A stretch of DNA of 64,000 nucleotides, from positions 4,402,001-4,466,000 of the forward strand of contig CAVNZM010000014.1 of assembly GCA_963693365.1 (NCBI GenBank), written 5' to 3'. How positions within the stretch are numbered: the first letter of the stretch is position 1; the number at the start of each line of letters is the position of its first letter. Below, in pieces: positions 12,708-32,857 of the stretch. The notes beneath the pieces were generated by a model. That model was not told the DNA's origin and ran no database searches. It saw only the letters and a program-made list of their open reading frames with translations. Origin of the DNA: Amoebidium appalachense. Lineage: Eukaryota; Protista; Ichthyosporea. The position numbers and the translations under genes were made by a program.

Positions 12708-15124
12708 CTTCGAAGGCCACCATCACCACGGCGTGGTCGACACAGCTGTTTCCCCATGTTAGCACACCCTGACACACAGGTAGAGGGTGCACCGTCGCGG
12801 AGGGGAAGGAGAGGTGTATGCGTGGTGGTGGTGTGTGTATGTTGGGGGGGGGGGGATAGGGAAGAGATGGGGCAGGGTCTCGGTTTATAAGAAGTTGGGA
12901 AGTCATAAGTCAAATTAGATCCAACCAAGAGACAAGCAAGGCTGAACGTAGGAGGGCGCAGGCTGCCGTGTGCCAGCATGTGCAACCAATAGTTATGCAA
13001 GTGCTCGTGGGGGCACTATTATTAGGACTATGCACGTAGGAGTGGCAGTAAGGAAGGTCTGCACAAGCACTATATGGCTCTAACTAAAGGGGTTGCAGAA
13101 GCCTCTCCTGCCAGCCATGCAGCGGTGTGTGTGTGTGTGTGTGGAGGGGGAGGGGGAGGGGGTTGACCTGCCTTTGCTGGTGGTAAGGACCTAGCAGGTC
13201 CAGCGACCCAGACGGGTGGACACCGCACAAGTGGGCGGCAAATAGGCCAAGCAGGCCAGTGTGCTGGGGCTATGCCCGCCTCATGGTCAGGCCCGTGCCT
13301 GGGGCCGTGCTGCCCCTGCTGCCCCCTCCCTGCTTCCAGAGGGTCCGTGTGTACTTGTGGTCTCTGCGTGCACGGCTGCTGTGTGCTTATGCGCAACCAC
13401 CAAGGAAGACCCTATGCTACGCGCTGCCTGCCTTCGCTGCCCAGCCACTATGTACGGCACGGCAGCAAAGTCTATTTAGGGTGCTGGCGTTAACACGCGT
13501 CGCAGTATCCGTCAACAACTGGCCTGTCGGCCCAAGTCTAATACGTGCGTGGGGATGCTGTGTTGGGTACTCAGCAGAAACGGCAACATGACATGTTCCT
13601 AACTAATAATAGTTCCTAAAAGCGACCTGAATAACTGGCTTCTTTCTCAGCAGCAGTTGCCCCAATAACTTCATTCTGTTCACGGCCATCTAGAAACACC
13701 ATTCTGTTGTACAAAGCGCGAATGATTCGGTCGATTCGATTTGCGTAAAATTTTAAACTGGCGCCAACCCGGCCCCCGCGGCAGCCGGCCGAAAGTTCAC
13801 TCCTCTGCAGCCTTGGCAAGCAGGGTCAGCAGAGTTTTTGGAGGTTTCACAAGTCGACGGGGGTGCAAGGTCCATTTAGGCTGTTCACACATGCTGGTAC
13901 GAACCTGCTCTCCATAGCGCTGCTCTTACAGTTGCAATAAAAAGGGCTCGCAAGCTTCCATGTAGCGCGTGTGCTGCTGGAGCCAGGATGGCTGCAAGGA
14001 GCTGCACATCGGGTAGGATGTCTCTGCCTTGTGCATGCAGCTGACTTATCTCCCTGCTGTTGTGTGTTGGTGATCATAGTGCCCTTGTGGCCATAGTGGT
14101 AGGCACACACGTGTTGCGGTGGTGGAAAGCAGAGAACCCTGGTACCAACACTCCCTCAGGCTCACTTCCTCCAAAATGATTGGGACATGTCGTCGAACTT
14201 GTGCCCGTGATGGCCGGTGAATGACAGTGCATGTAAAGGCCAGTGCACCTGACCTAGAACGCATCATACATTTATATATGAATGCACTATGCATAGTGAA
14301 CTTGACGTCTATGGGGAAGAATAAATGCACGCGTATGGTAGGGCAGCGGTTGAGCAGGTATGTGCGGCTGAGCACCTGTGCAAGGTGTGAGGATGTGGGG
14401 AGGGGGGAAGAGGGTCGGTTACGTAGAGAAGTACGTACTTTTCACAAGCGGCGGTATAAACCAGATGTGAATAGAAGGAAGCGCGTGACAAACTAAGCAT
14501 CAGAAGTGGAGCCCCGGATCTGCACGGGGCACCCAAATCATCTTCACTACCCTATGAACCCGTGTGGTGCATCTTTTCGACATCTTTCACTACACACCGC
14601 AAACACCATCGATTAGATGCTGTATCCACGTTTAACCCCTCAAGGATGAAGGTCGCAAATGGTTATTTGGTTCGTCCATGTTAACGTGAGAGATAGAGCA
14701 GGGTTGCTTGCGTAATGGGGACCCACGCGCGGGAGGGAAGGGAGCATTTGAGAGAGCAAGACAGAGAGAGAGGGTGAGAGAGAGATTTCGGTTTTGGACG
14801 CAGTAAGGAAAAGATTGAACAAGCTCAGGTAATGTTTTTAACCTTTCAAATTCTAAATATTTTATTATTATTGCGGGTTGGTATTCAATCAACCGAGTTC
14901 ACGGCAGTACTTGCCGGGTGTGAAGCTGTTTTCTCACGTGTTTGCCTGCCTGCAGGCCTTACCAAGTTCTTAGCAATCGTGTTCTATCTTTCATAGGTCG
15001 TAAGCAACCAAGAGTTGTCTATAACGCACTACCCCTAGAAAGGCTCGTTGCCACTAGTTTTTCATGCAGTACGTTCTCATTCGTCAACAAGTATATCTTT
15101 ACATACATAATACAGTCACTAAAA

Positions 15125-16642
15125 CTATAACATTACATCAACCTCTAAAAAAATCAGCAAAGACTTCTTACGGAAACTCAGACCCGGGGCCGTGCGCCTG
15201 CGTTCTCTCGGCTCTGGGTCCTCCTCCCTTGGGGTGGGCTGGCTGTTTGACACGGTGGCCCTGCGTGGCCTGTAGTCAACCTCACTCTCAGCGCGAGAGG
15301 AACGCCTCTTGTCCTTGGACGCCCGCCGGAATGACAACATACGCACCAGCTTGGACACGGTTGCCCCCGCTGACATCTTGTCGTTGCCCTTGCCACCAAT
15401 GAGAGGAATGGTGGTCTGGCTGATGGTGGAGGGCAAGGGCAGGGCCGCATGGCCGGCCTTCTTGCTTCCATGCAGGCCTGCGGGCATGCCATCGTGCTTT
15501 GCAGCAGCCATGGACTCGACGGCCAGGTCCACCACCTCCACACCGTCGGCACTAGCGTCGCTCTCACTCAGGTCGCCAAACGTCAGCAGGCCGTGGTCGA
15601 CCGAGCGCTTCTCGTGCCTGCGCTTCTCCTGGGGGTCCAGCCACAGGGCCAGCTCCTCCGTGAACGTGCTGCTGCCCGCACTGCTGTTGCTGTCTCGCCG
15701 GAACACGGCGTCGCAGCTGGTGTTGCTTAGCACGTGCACAAACTCAGACAGGTTATTCACCGCCAGCGGCCGGCTGAAGAAAGGCTCCTGAAACTCTGAC
15801 TTTGTAGGCCCGCTCTTGGCCGGGCCCAGTGAGGTGATGTGCTGCACAAGGTTGCGCCGTTGGGCCGGAGTGGCCATCACAGGCGAGTCCGTGCTGTTTG
15901 ACCGCGCTGGGGCATCCATGACCCCCCCACAGCCCAGATAGGTGAGCTTGACGTTGTGCGAGCCGACCGACTTGACCTGCGGCCGTCGCTTGACAGCCGC
16001 CTTGCCGACCGTCTCCTGGCCGAACTCGAACGGTGTGCGTGTGCTTGCCACGGCCGCAAGGGCCACGTAGAGGTCGCCTATGTCCACCTTGTCCCCTGCA
16101 CTGACGGCGTGGAAAGAGTAGGACTCGAGCTCCTTGGCAAACACAAAATGGGCATCGCTGAGTAGCTCGGGGTCGACTGCCTCCCCCCTGTTTATGCCGG
16201 CCAGCACTATCTCGACGTCTGGGTCGTGTGCCCGCACCAGCGGGAACCAGAATGAACGGAGGGACTCTAGCGACTGGCGGTCATGCAGGGAAAAACATAG
16301 CAGCACGGCAGATGGGATGGTGTTGCTAAAAGGAATGCGGGATGGGTCCGTATAATCGCGGTATGTCTGGCGCAGAAAACCGAAGCGGTACAGCTGCTTA
16401 ACCAGGTCCTTCATGCCCGTATCTTCGTTGCCCAGCGCCCATATGAGCTGCCTGAGGCTGCCCGTGGTCGTGCAGCCTATGGGCCTGTCTGGAAGTGCCT
16501 GCTTGGGTGCCTGAATGGGTGTCCCCAGCTGAGGAAGGGCCGAGAGCGACAATGACTTATCCCCCCCAGCAGTCCTTAATATCTCGGTACTGTCTGGCCG
16601 TAAGGCATGTCTCATACTGTCCATAGACGCAGCCATCGTCAT
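15125..16642 (-). CDS. Intronless protein (about 505 aa from the probable ATG at 16642) with a degenerate Rho/Ras-like small-GTPase domain and a long Ser/Arg-rich C-terminal region
   Basis: A long GC-rich ORF free of microsatellites. LIWALGNEDTGMKDLV aligns with G1, SAVLLCFSLHDRQSLESLRSFWFPLVRAHDPDVEIVLAG with the Rho/Miro beta4-alpha3-beta5 segment (cf. FLICFSIxxxxSLENIxxKWxPEVxHxxPxVPIILVG), and FHAVSA with G5. The start codon is uncertain. Confidence 0.7.
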   Translation of the reverse strand: MTMAASMDSMRHALRPDSTEILRTAGGDKSLSLSALPQLGTPIQAPKQALPDRPIGCTTTGSLRQLIWALGNEDTGMKDLVKQLYRFGFLRQTYRDYTDPSRIPFSNTIPSAVLLCFSLHDRQSLESLRSFWFPLVRAHDPDVEIVLAGINRGEAVDPELLSDAHFVFAKELESYSFHAVSAGDKVDIGDLYVALAAVASTRTPFEFGQETVGKAAVKRRPQVKSVGSHNVKLTYLGCGGVMDAPARSNSTDSPVMATPAQRRNLVQHITSLGPAKSGPTKSEFQEPFFSRPLAVNNLSEFVHVLSNTSCDAVFRRDSNSSAGSSTFTEELALWLDPQEKRRHEKRSVDHGLLTFGDLSESDASADGVEVVDLAVESMAAAKHDGMPAGLHGSKKAGHAALPLPSTISQTTIPLIGGKGNDKMSAGATVSKLVRMLSFRRASKDKRRSSRAESEVDYRPRRATVSNSQPTPREEDPEPRERRRTAPGLSFRKKSLLIFLEVDVML

Positions 16643-17960
16643 GGTTACTACTGACCCCGAAGGTGCATATACGATATTGAGAAACTTTGTAGTGTTGTGT
16701 CGCACACTAACACTATCTTTACTACTCAGTGGCAACGCCGTGAATGTCAACTGCTTAGAGACCCTGACAAAGTATTTGCGGAACCCAAAGTGGTCGCATT
16801 GGTGCGGATTATTAGAATCTCCCTGAAGGCTAAATATTCTATTGAGCAATCTTGTATTGGTGCCTTCACCGTGTTCTACTATTTCATGTGATTTGAAATG
16901 CCATGGCCAAGGTGTGATGGAAAGCTGCAACACTAGACTTCCGTCGTGTACGTTCGAAGCAATAGTGCGCGAGTGTCACTACGCGAACACTTGCAAAAGG
17001 TACAGCCCAGTGTTTGAATAACAGCAGAAGTCACTGGAAAAGCCACCAGCTTGTGAGTGATAGTGTGGTATGCCGTTTTAACGGGGCGCACACCATTTGA
17101 ATGTTGCAGTCGACGTCGTTCCTTGCCTCCACTTCGCGTCTGCCACTTGTTCATGCGTGCGCCTGCCCTGCGGTGGTGCGGCAACCCGTTCCAGGGTGTG
17201 AAATTGGTGTTTATGTTTAGGGGGAATGCTGCTGCTGCAGCTGGGGGCCTCTGGCGGCCGGCCCCTACATTCAGCTTACACGGATAACGAATATTAGGGG
17301 CGCTGACCTTGATTAAGCATATGCTTTCTTATATAGATTTCTCTTCTAAAACCAATGGTTGAAAAGTCAGTAGCCACACCAATAAGCCCTAACATGATGG
17401 GACACTTTTGGGTTTTAGGGACAATTTTGTGGCCCTTCCGTCGCACCGTCAGCCATTGGCCAAAATCTTGGAGCCTCAGCATCCCCAGACCTTACTTAAT
17501 GTCTGTAATGATTTACAAACCAATATACATATACAAGAAGAACATAATTTTTACAATGCCCTATTTTCGAAGGCTCGACACACAAAACTGTCGACAAAAG
17601 CAATATATAAAATATCGACCTATGATATTATATCTTCAAAAAGTTCACGGTGACTCTGAGGTATGCAATTGCTGGCCGCCACATTCTTTCGCCAGCCTCA
17701 ACTGGAATAGAGAGCGTGATTTTCGGCCACTTAAAACTGCTCTTCTTAGAACCTTAAAAAAGGACAACTGGATCAGGATAGTTTGCTTTTCGAAGAAATG
17801 ACGACAATAGGTGGTAATGATATGACAGTTGCATAAACTTATAGATAATGATCTTATATAACAATTTTTTGGCTTGATTGATCTTGAGGCACAAAAAATA
17901 TAAGAAAATGATAAATCTAATGTAATCAAGATATTGGCTTGTTGCGTGCATTAGGCCCTG

Positions 17961-18150
17961 AGCCAATCACGGAGAGCTACCGTCAGCACTGTATGGTGTT
18001 TATCTGTGCTCTCGCGTCATTAAGGTTGTGGGATTGTGATAAGATTCACCAATCAGTTTTCGCCAGGACGCGACAAAGGTTTAGATTTTCTTTTTGTTCT
18101 GATTGGTTTTCCGCGGTCTCGCCGCTCTGGCGCCTCCTCCACCAATCCAA
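17961..18150. promoter_or_regulatory. Cluster of four CCAAT/ATTGG boxes; candidate promoter
   Basis: AGCCAATCA at 17961, ACCAATCAG at ~18048, TGATTGG at ~18100 and ACCAATC at ~18141, in microsatellite-free CpG-containing sequence upstream of the GTPase-like gene. Confidence 0.35.
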
Positions 18151-19398
18151 TGCAAGCCTCGCATACATTTGGCACGTGGTTTATCATACCCATGCATTCC
18201 CATACAGCCAGTTTGTCAGAGTCCGGCGCGGCGACACAGCGTTCGGGTAGACGGATAAGTAACGGCTTTTTCACACAAACCACCCGGCATAGTATATAGC
18301 TGTACATATACAATACATATTATAGGCCTGGTGTTCGTGAATTAATATTGAAGAAGGATATTCGAGATATTTGGTGTTTGCTTGTTCGATGATTGGCGCA
18401 TTTATGTTGGAACGCCACTGAGCCAGCTGTACCACGTGTCGTTCATGGGCCATGCATATGGCCCAATGGGATACCAGGATGCCTTTCCGAAGCTGTTCAT
18501 GACACTTTCCTGGCGTCATGCATGCACACAGTCAGTGTCTGTCAGTCACCCCCCCCCCCCCCCCCCCCCCCCCATTCCCCCCCCCCCCCCCCCCCCCTCC
18601 CCTTGAATAATTATAATATGCATATGTAATTATGCAGCTGAACACACGTGTAAGCTTGTTGTGCTGCCCAAAAAGTGACACTGACATAGCTAACTGAAAT
18701 ATTTTTTTTGAATCCGACTTCCGGGAAATCCGAACTTGCGCCCGGGGTGCACGTACAGTGGAAGTTTGATCATTCGAATGATCATGCATGCGAGTGATCA
18801 CCATTATACAAGCTCATCACTGTGCGCCGTGTACGTGTGACGTAGAGTTCGATGACAACGCAGTAAGCCACAATGCATACGAGGGGCTGTGCTCCCACCG
18901 TCTCCCAAAATATAGACCGTGTAAACCGTTCGATGACCATGAACTCACTTGAACTCACACTGGCTGTATGCTGTACACTATCTTGCGTGGCCGGGATCAG
19001 GAGGAATCTCCGGGGTTTTTGTGGTTGTAGGTTAGGGGGCCCGGGGGGAGAGGAGGGGGGCCCGGGCCCGGGGGGAAGGGGAGGGGGGCGGGAGGATCTG
19101 AAGGGCCCCCTCAAGTTCGGCCCCAACATACAGGAGCGGTGGTGCAACCCGTGCTGGCTGGAAATGCATATGGGTGAGGGGGGAACTGTGGGGGGGAGGG
19201 GAAGGATGAGGGGAGTCGAAACACACAACATTCCCGAGAAGGTGTAGCCTTGAAGCTGCAGGTGAGTCCATGATCAGACCATCTGGTCCCCCCCCCCCCC
19301 GGACCCCCTGGGCCGGAAAGATTTAGGAGGACAAAGATGGGGAAAAAAGAAGAAAGGAAGGAAGAAAGAAAAAAGGAAAAGGAAAAGGCAAAAAAAAA

Positions 19399-19620
19399 AC
19401 GGGGAGCCCAAAATGATCTCAATGAATTAGTTTCTTCTTGGTTTGCGTGTAATTAAAAAAAAAAAAAAACCCCCGGAATATAATACGTCCATTACCATGG
19501 GCCAGACCATCCGGACCCGACCTAGTGTGCCAGAAACAGTACTATGGATTTATATGTACCGAGCAAAACCTTCCCATGACTCTAGCTGTGCCTCGAGTAA
19601 ACAGATTAAACCCCCATATC
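19399..19620. repeat. Diverged dispersed repeat, copy 1 (copy 2 at 46166-46365)
   Basis: Both copies share colinear blocks: A-tract+CGGGGA, CCGAGCAAAACC, TGCCTCGAGTAAACAG, TAAACCCCCA. Confidence 0.65.
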
Positions 19621-20269
19621 AGTTATCAGGCTCAGTGACATGCTTGTACCGCAAATCATATGTGGCGACCCCCCTACGGAGGCCCCCCTACCCCCCTCCC
19701 CCCCCCCCCCCTCCCCCCCCCCCCCATCCCTCCCCCCCTCCCCCCCCTCCCCCCCCCCCCCCCCCAAAAAAAAAAGAATTAAAGAAAGAAAGGGGAAAAA
19801 AAAGAGAGAAAAAGCTGGGGCCGCAGAGAATTCCCTCTACGCGCTCCTTAGCACGTTACTTGTTGCTCACTCGCTCGACATCATGATAATACACCAACCT
19901 GAGTGCGCCCACTTCTTCATGAAACCCCCCCCCCCCCTCCCCCCCCCCCATACACACACACACACACCCTCCCCCTGCCAAGGCTTGTTATTTCCCATAC
20001 CTTCCATCTCAGGCCCTTTCCTTGAACTGTACGCGCTTAATTAATTCTTAGTCTTTGTGTGGCCATAATGCATTAATAAGAGATTACAAACATACTGGAA
20101 CCACCACTAGTGCTGCACCAATGTTACGTTGGAATCGGCATGCAAGCAGACACCGGCAGCGTCATACACACGCACAGTCATGAGCGCGCGCACACACACA
20201 CACACACACCGTACACACACACGAACACACACACACGAACACACATACACACACACACACACACACACG

Positions 20270-20371
<102 letters not shown>

Positions 20372-20680
20372 GTCACACACAACACGTTGCTAAGCCAGGA
20401 GAAAGAAGGAACTGTAACTTTTGCACGCAGGCACACAGTCAATGACGCAAACACGCACACATGCACAGCACTCATGCACACATGCACACACACACACACA
20501 TAGGCACACACACAGAGCTAGGCTCACGTGCACACTCACATGCAGCCACAGTGTAACATGATCAAGCGCGGGCCCACACACATGGCACACTTTTTCACTA
20601 TTTTTTTCTTACTCCTCGTACCTACACCCCTCCCCCCCTCCTCGGTCTCTCTCTCTCTCTCCCCCCCCCTCCCCCCTCCC

Positions 20681-20711
<31 letters not shown>

Positions 20712-20796
20712 AAAAAAAAAGAAAGAAAGAAAAAAAAAAAAAAAAGAAAGGGGGAAAAAAAAACTCTCCGGCACAAACAATTCGCCCATGCATCAC

Positions 20797-20887
<91 letters not shown>

Positions 20888-21304
20888 AAAAGAAAAATCC
20901 GCTTTGTTCCCTGAGAGGCCTCTAAGGTGCCCTCATTTGATGTACCATCTTCCATCCAGCACCGACTACACCCTGGCTAGGGTGCTATGGTGCCATTAGC
21001 TAAGCTAGCACACCACTAAGTTACCATATTCAACTATTTGTAAACATTTAGCCCAGGGGCCTCCCAGCCTCGCCGGTGGGTCACACACACACACATACAC
21101 ACACATCAATAATACACACAAACATGTCACGAAGAACACATGCAAGTCTGTGGCACTGCCAGGTTCCTTAAGAAGACAAGTTGTAGACAGCAGACACTCG
21201 GTACACTTACGCCAGCGTATAAACAAATGGAATTGACGGTCAGATCGTTTCAATCACTGACACGCACACACATAACACATGCCCATTCACACACACACAC
21301 ACTG

Positions 21305-21340
<36 letters not shown>

Positions 21341-21413
21341 AAAAAACGTACACAGCAAACACACACTATACACACACACACCACCACACACACACACACG
21401 CGCGCGCGCGCGC

Positions 21414-21454
<41 letters not shown>

Positions 21455-22188
21455 CACGCGCACACGCACACCGTGGCACACACGTACGCCCCACCTCCCC
21501 ATTTTGTACGTACATGCAATGCCCCGTAACCACGCATACAATTTCTGCTTGCTTCCACGCAACATGCTCATGACATTGTGCACGATGTTTACACACACAC
21601 ACTCCACTAATGATTGGCAGTGCCGAATGTATGTATCGTTCTGCCATGTCTGTCTGACGGGCTCAGCCTAGAACGTAGGTATATAGGTCCCATGGGGCTG
21701 GTACCCACCACTAATATAGGCAGCGGTACTGAGTAAGACCTTAAACAAAAAGGTTCATATCAAAGAAAGTGCCAAATGTATCATACGGCACACACTCATG
21801 TAGCCAAATATATCCACCCTACTGACACACACACACAGTCACACACGTGGCACACAGGCCGCAGATGCACACACACATGCACCCGTTGAGCATGATAGCT
21901 CTGCCCCAATCAACATTTGAAGCACTGGTCAGAACAAAGCGAAGAAAATAAGCGTTGGTGGTGGTGGTGTACGTGGTGGGGAGAAGGGGGGGGAGGGGGG
22001 GGTGATTTTACAGAAGAGAGAGTTGAGTGAGAGTGAGTGAGTGACCTGTTATTACCATAGAGCATGTAGCATAATGAGTTTTTGAGATAACAATGTGAGG
22101 TTCGTAACATCCACAATAAAGACTTGTCAGTCATTGGTAGGTGGCCCCGTCCTTGGGGAACCCACCTGCCCGGATGGGTGGCGACCAT

Positions 22189-22219
<31 letters not shown>

Positions 22220-22396
22220 ACCCCCCCGGGGCCCTTCTCCCTCATCGGCCAGCTCCACCCCCCTCCTAATATCAGCGACTAAGCCCCTCCCTGGTTCAAA
22301 TTTGCAAAATCATTGAATCATGAGTATGTAAATCGCTGCATGTCGTGATGCATATGTGCCTCCACTAGCTAGCCGGAGACGAGGAAGGGCCCGGGG

Positions 22397-22450
<54 letters not shown>

Positions 22451-23494
22451 AGGTGAAGGGGGGGGAGGGGGGGGGGGGAGGGGTGGTGGGGGAGGGGGGA
22501 GTACTAACAGGTCGCAGATTGCTGGATTTTGTTTGGTCAAATGCATCTTTGATTCATTATTGCAGCCATTTGCAGCAATTTATTCGATTTCTGGTCGAGC
22601 TCGTGGAGAAATATGCCGCCCAAAAGGTTGCACGCCATCATTGTGTAATGGGATGACGAGCAAACCACACCAAGCTATTTGGTTGAACTTGTATTTGGCT
22701 CGATTTCAGTTAGGCTCAACCTTCAAACCACCCCCGCCCTCCCCCCCCCCCCCCTCTCCCCCCCCCCCCCACCCCCCCTCTCCACCCCCCATCCCCTCAT
22801 GACACACACATACACACACCCCACCTACACATAAGCACCCACATGTGCACGGGCGCGCGCACACACACACACACACACATACACACACTCACTCAAACAC
22901 ATGCACACCCATGCCCGTCACAAAAAAAAATAAAAAAAATGCAAAGACGCATGCACACCCACACAGGCTTTCCACACCTAGGACCTGTTTTGCATTTTCG
23001 CCACAGTTACCTAACTACACTATTACTGAAACCTAATAGAATGTTTTTGCATCGATCTGCGGATTGAAGACCGGGAAACCTCGTGGCAGGGCCAGCATAC
23101 ACCCCTTCCTGCCCGCTGACGAAGAAATTTTTGAATAGATGTAACGGTCAAGAGTCATATCATTATCGGGCATGGGAGATATAGGCACGGTTTGTTTCCG
23201 TTTATTCATACATAGTACCTTTTTACCTCAAATAGAACTTCAAAGTCAGCATGGCATCCTCCCTGCCAAAGCCTCACACGAGCGCAGGTACTATGGCATT
23301 CCACAGTATTATTTTACCTTCTAGACGGAGTATACAGCTAAAGTCCTGTAAAATCTAACCTTGCACTGGGCAAATATACTACGACATGTATGCTTCATCT
23401 ACCCAAGTCTGTGCGCTTGGCATACAACGCAGGGGGAAAGACCTCTCCAGATGTGTTGATAGAGCTCGAGAAATATGACATCAACCACAACGAC

Positions 23495-23528
<34 letters not shown>

Positions 23529-23845
23529 TACAAAGCTGTTTGCTAATCAGCCACTTTTCCGTTACCAGCTGACACGGTTACTTGAAGCGTTCATGCTCCA
23601 GTACAGTATAACCCTCTCAAAAAGTAAGGCTTCCCTAACCCTATGTATTTACAATCATCCCGGGGCCCCCGATATGGCTTTGTGAGTTTGTATATTTCTA
23701 ATTTTGGTAGCAGGTGAGGGAAGCCGCAGGAGTGTCAAATACGGCAAACTGCAATATTACTCAAACGACCAAAACAAATACAAAGATCCCAGTGGCACAC
23801 AAATTCAGCTAGCTGCACATTATACATCTAAATATAGGTGTGTGC

Positions 23846-29790
<5,945 letters not shown>

Positions 29791-31758
29791 GCTTGGGTGG
29801 TGGGCCGATTGCAGTTTTGAGACTATGTGGTGTGGAGAGTGGCGTGGTGTTTTGCGTCTCCATGTTTTGTAGCCGGATATTTCGGGTTGAGGCGAATCGG
29901 CAGTGAGTCTAAATGATTTTGATCCAATAGGAGACAACAAGCGAAACTTCTGAACACTTTGCGATTGATCGATCTGTGTCGGAAGTTACTCGGAACTAGC
30001 CTCTTTTAGAACTTGACAACTGTGTGATCGAGGCGCGAGTGCAGAATCATGCAGCAACCTATCAGGTTGTCCATATGTTAAGATTATTCCGCACTGCTAT
30101 TATTTATGTGTGTATGAGCGACTGTATACGTAAGTTGTTCAGCTTGGAAATATTAGCTGGTGCAGGTCCTGGAAAATCCTAAGATCTGTCATATTGTCGA
30201 ATCTAAGATCTAGATCTGGCGAGATGATCTGGCGTAGATTCACAAAGGTCAATCTACCTCGCGTAGATTTTCAGACTTCCACAACAACACACGTGCAACT
30301 TCAAATGCGTAAAAAAATATTACTCACATGACACCTATGTACACACCCACGTATGCGTACGTGAAACAGCGTGATACATAGCGTCAGTCCTAGTGATAAG
30401 CAGGCTCATGCTCGTGTCCACTCGTGATCATATGTCGGTTACTGCTTGTCCAAAACGGCATCCTGCCACTAGTCACGGAATAAACATACACCTGTACATG
30501 TACACGTATACATATGTAGTAGTATTAAAGCCCAAGTGTAATTGATAACAAACGTACTCGTTCTAAATCCTAGTCGTGATTTTGTATGTGATAATGGTGT
30601 GGGTTTCGAAAAACAGCATCGTGTGTAGTCACGTTGTTGTCCCGCTGGGCATGTACCAATATATATGGGAGCTACGGGTGGGCCCTCGGCGCGCCGGCGA
30701 CACGTGCATATTTACATGTACAGCCATGTCATGTAAATACATAGCTGTATAACGGATTTGAAAGACCGACTTCAAAATTCACGTGCACGATATTAATGTC
30801 CTGCACATCCGCTTCGATTCAAGTCGAGTTCACATTCCCATGCCTTTGTCTTGATGGGTGTGACAACGGCCACGGCATGACACTGAAGTAACGGTCGCGT
30901 CACAAGGAAAAAATACATGTACGTACAAGTTAAGCTGCAGACTGAGTGTACATATACGCACTGTTCGTTGGCCTGGTGCATGAGTAGTAAATGGACAAGG
31001 AAGTCACACGAACACTACTACACTCATGATATCAGCGTCGAGGTTCGGCCTCTTTGAAATTTATTCACGTTCTATAGCATGAGTGCCACTAGCATATTAT
31101 AGCATCAGGAACTTAGTAAGGCTTGTATTCAACTAATGTCATGACATCAGCATCAAGGCCGCGAAGCACATTTTCAAATTACGTACTATCACTACTGTCA
31201 GCATAAAGGGTTTGTGTTGTGGTCTTGTGGATTCCCACATACACCCGAGTCACCGATATCGACGTGAACAGACACGTGTATGTACGCGTGACATTCGTGT
31301 TACTATAGGTACACTGTACTGTGTTATCAGCCATCCTGTACCTTGTGACTCTGTCTCCCACAAAAAAATGTGCAGTTTCTCGAATGTGTTCAGTGGCAAT
31401 GCACCGACACATTCATCATTCACAGTTGCAATTTTTTTTTCTTCCTGCAGATATCGCAACACCATCACCTGCTATCGTAGCAAATGAATAGTGTCTTCCT
31501 TCACGAACTTTTTGAATTTATGTCCTTAAAAACAAGTTTTCTACTGCCGCGTGACCCCTAAGGTGAGAAAGCCCACTCTGCCAGCATAGCTGCGGCAGCG
31601 GCGTCTTGGAGGACAGATATTCGTTTTTTGCAAAGTTTGAGAAGAAATACTGATGGTGGTGCTTCTCGACGTTGTGAGTGGGTAACTCTATTATGTAGTT
31701 ACGATCGATGATGTCACGGAATAATTGTGGTGTGTGTGTGTGTGTGTGTGTGTTTGAA

Positions 31759-31963
<205 letters not shown>

Positions 31964-32109
31964 GCGTGTGCGTGTGTGTGTGCGCGCGTGTGTGAGTGCG
32001 TGCACGTGCTGGTGAGTGTGTACGGCCCACTGTGCACATGTGGTGCGTGTGTGAGTGCGTGTGTGAGTGCGTGTGTGCGTGTGTGAGTGCGTGTGTGCCT
32101 GTGCGTGTG

Positions 32110-32166
<57 letters not shown>

Positions 32167-32857
32167 TGGGCGTGTGCGTGTGCGTGCACATGTGTGTGCA
32201 TAATGTGTGCGTGAGATCCTCGATTCAAAACCAACCGCGTTTTCTTCCCAAAATCCGAACCCGAGCCAAACTGGTCATTGCATGTACATTATCGAGCCCA
32301 GATTTCTGCACACCCACAGCATCATCTCTTAGAGCCCTCCCCCTCTGTCGCGCCCCCCCCCCCCCCCCCCTCCCCCCCCCTCCCCCCCCCCCACACAAAA
32401 AAAAGGGAGGGGAAGACACCCGAAGTTCTCTCCCGGGGTTCCCTCTGCCCCCCTTCTCCCTTTTCCCCGAGTGCTGAAAAGTGAAAGTGGAATAGATGAC
32501 CAACGATATCTTTCCAGCCAGTCAGTTAACTAAGGGAACACGTCATTCGTCGATGGGTGAAGTTTTGTCCTTTTTGTGCTTTTCATGTTTTTGTTTGCAA
32601 CTTTAAAATCCCCTTGGTCTTTAATCATCGTATCCCACCCATATGCATGATCTATCATAAAGTTTGGATTGCCAGAAAGGGCCGTAAAGGGGGAAAAGAG
32701 GGCCAATCGTTTCTTTCATAGGAGTGCTGAGAAATAGCATTCCCCATCCAGTCCTTCCCGCATTCATTCCCGAACAGACATGGGCCAAACATACCACTGA
32801 CAAATTGTAGAACACCCGCAGAGCCACAGCCACACCCGCTGCAGCCTAAACGACAAC

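Noticed and set aside
13259-14536. Short ORFs and splice-like sites upstream of the GRK start
   Set aside because: No recognisable protein motifs or consistent frame. May be 5' UTR exons of the GRK.
17295-17955. AT-rich island as a possible MITE
   Set aside because: Only an 8-bp inverted match (CTTGATTA/TAATCAAG) and no convincing TSD.
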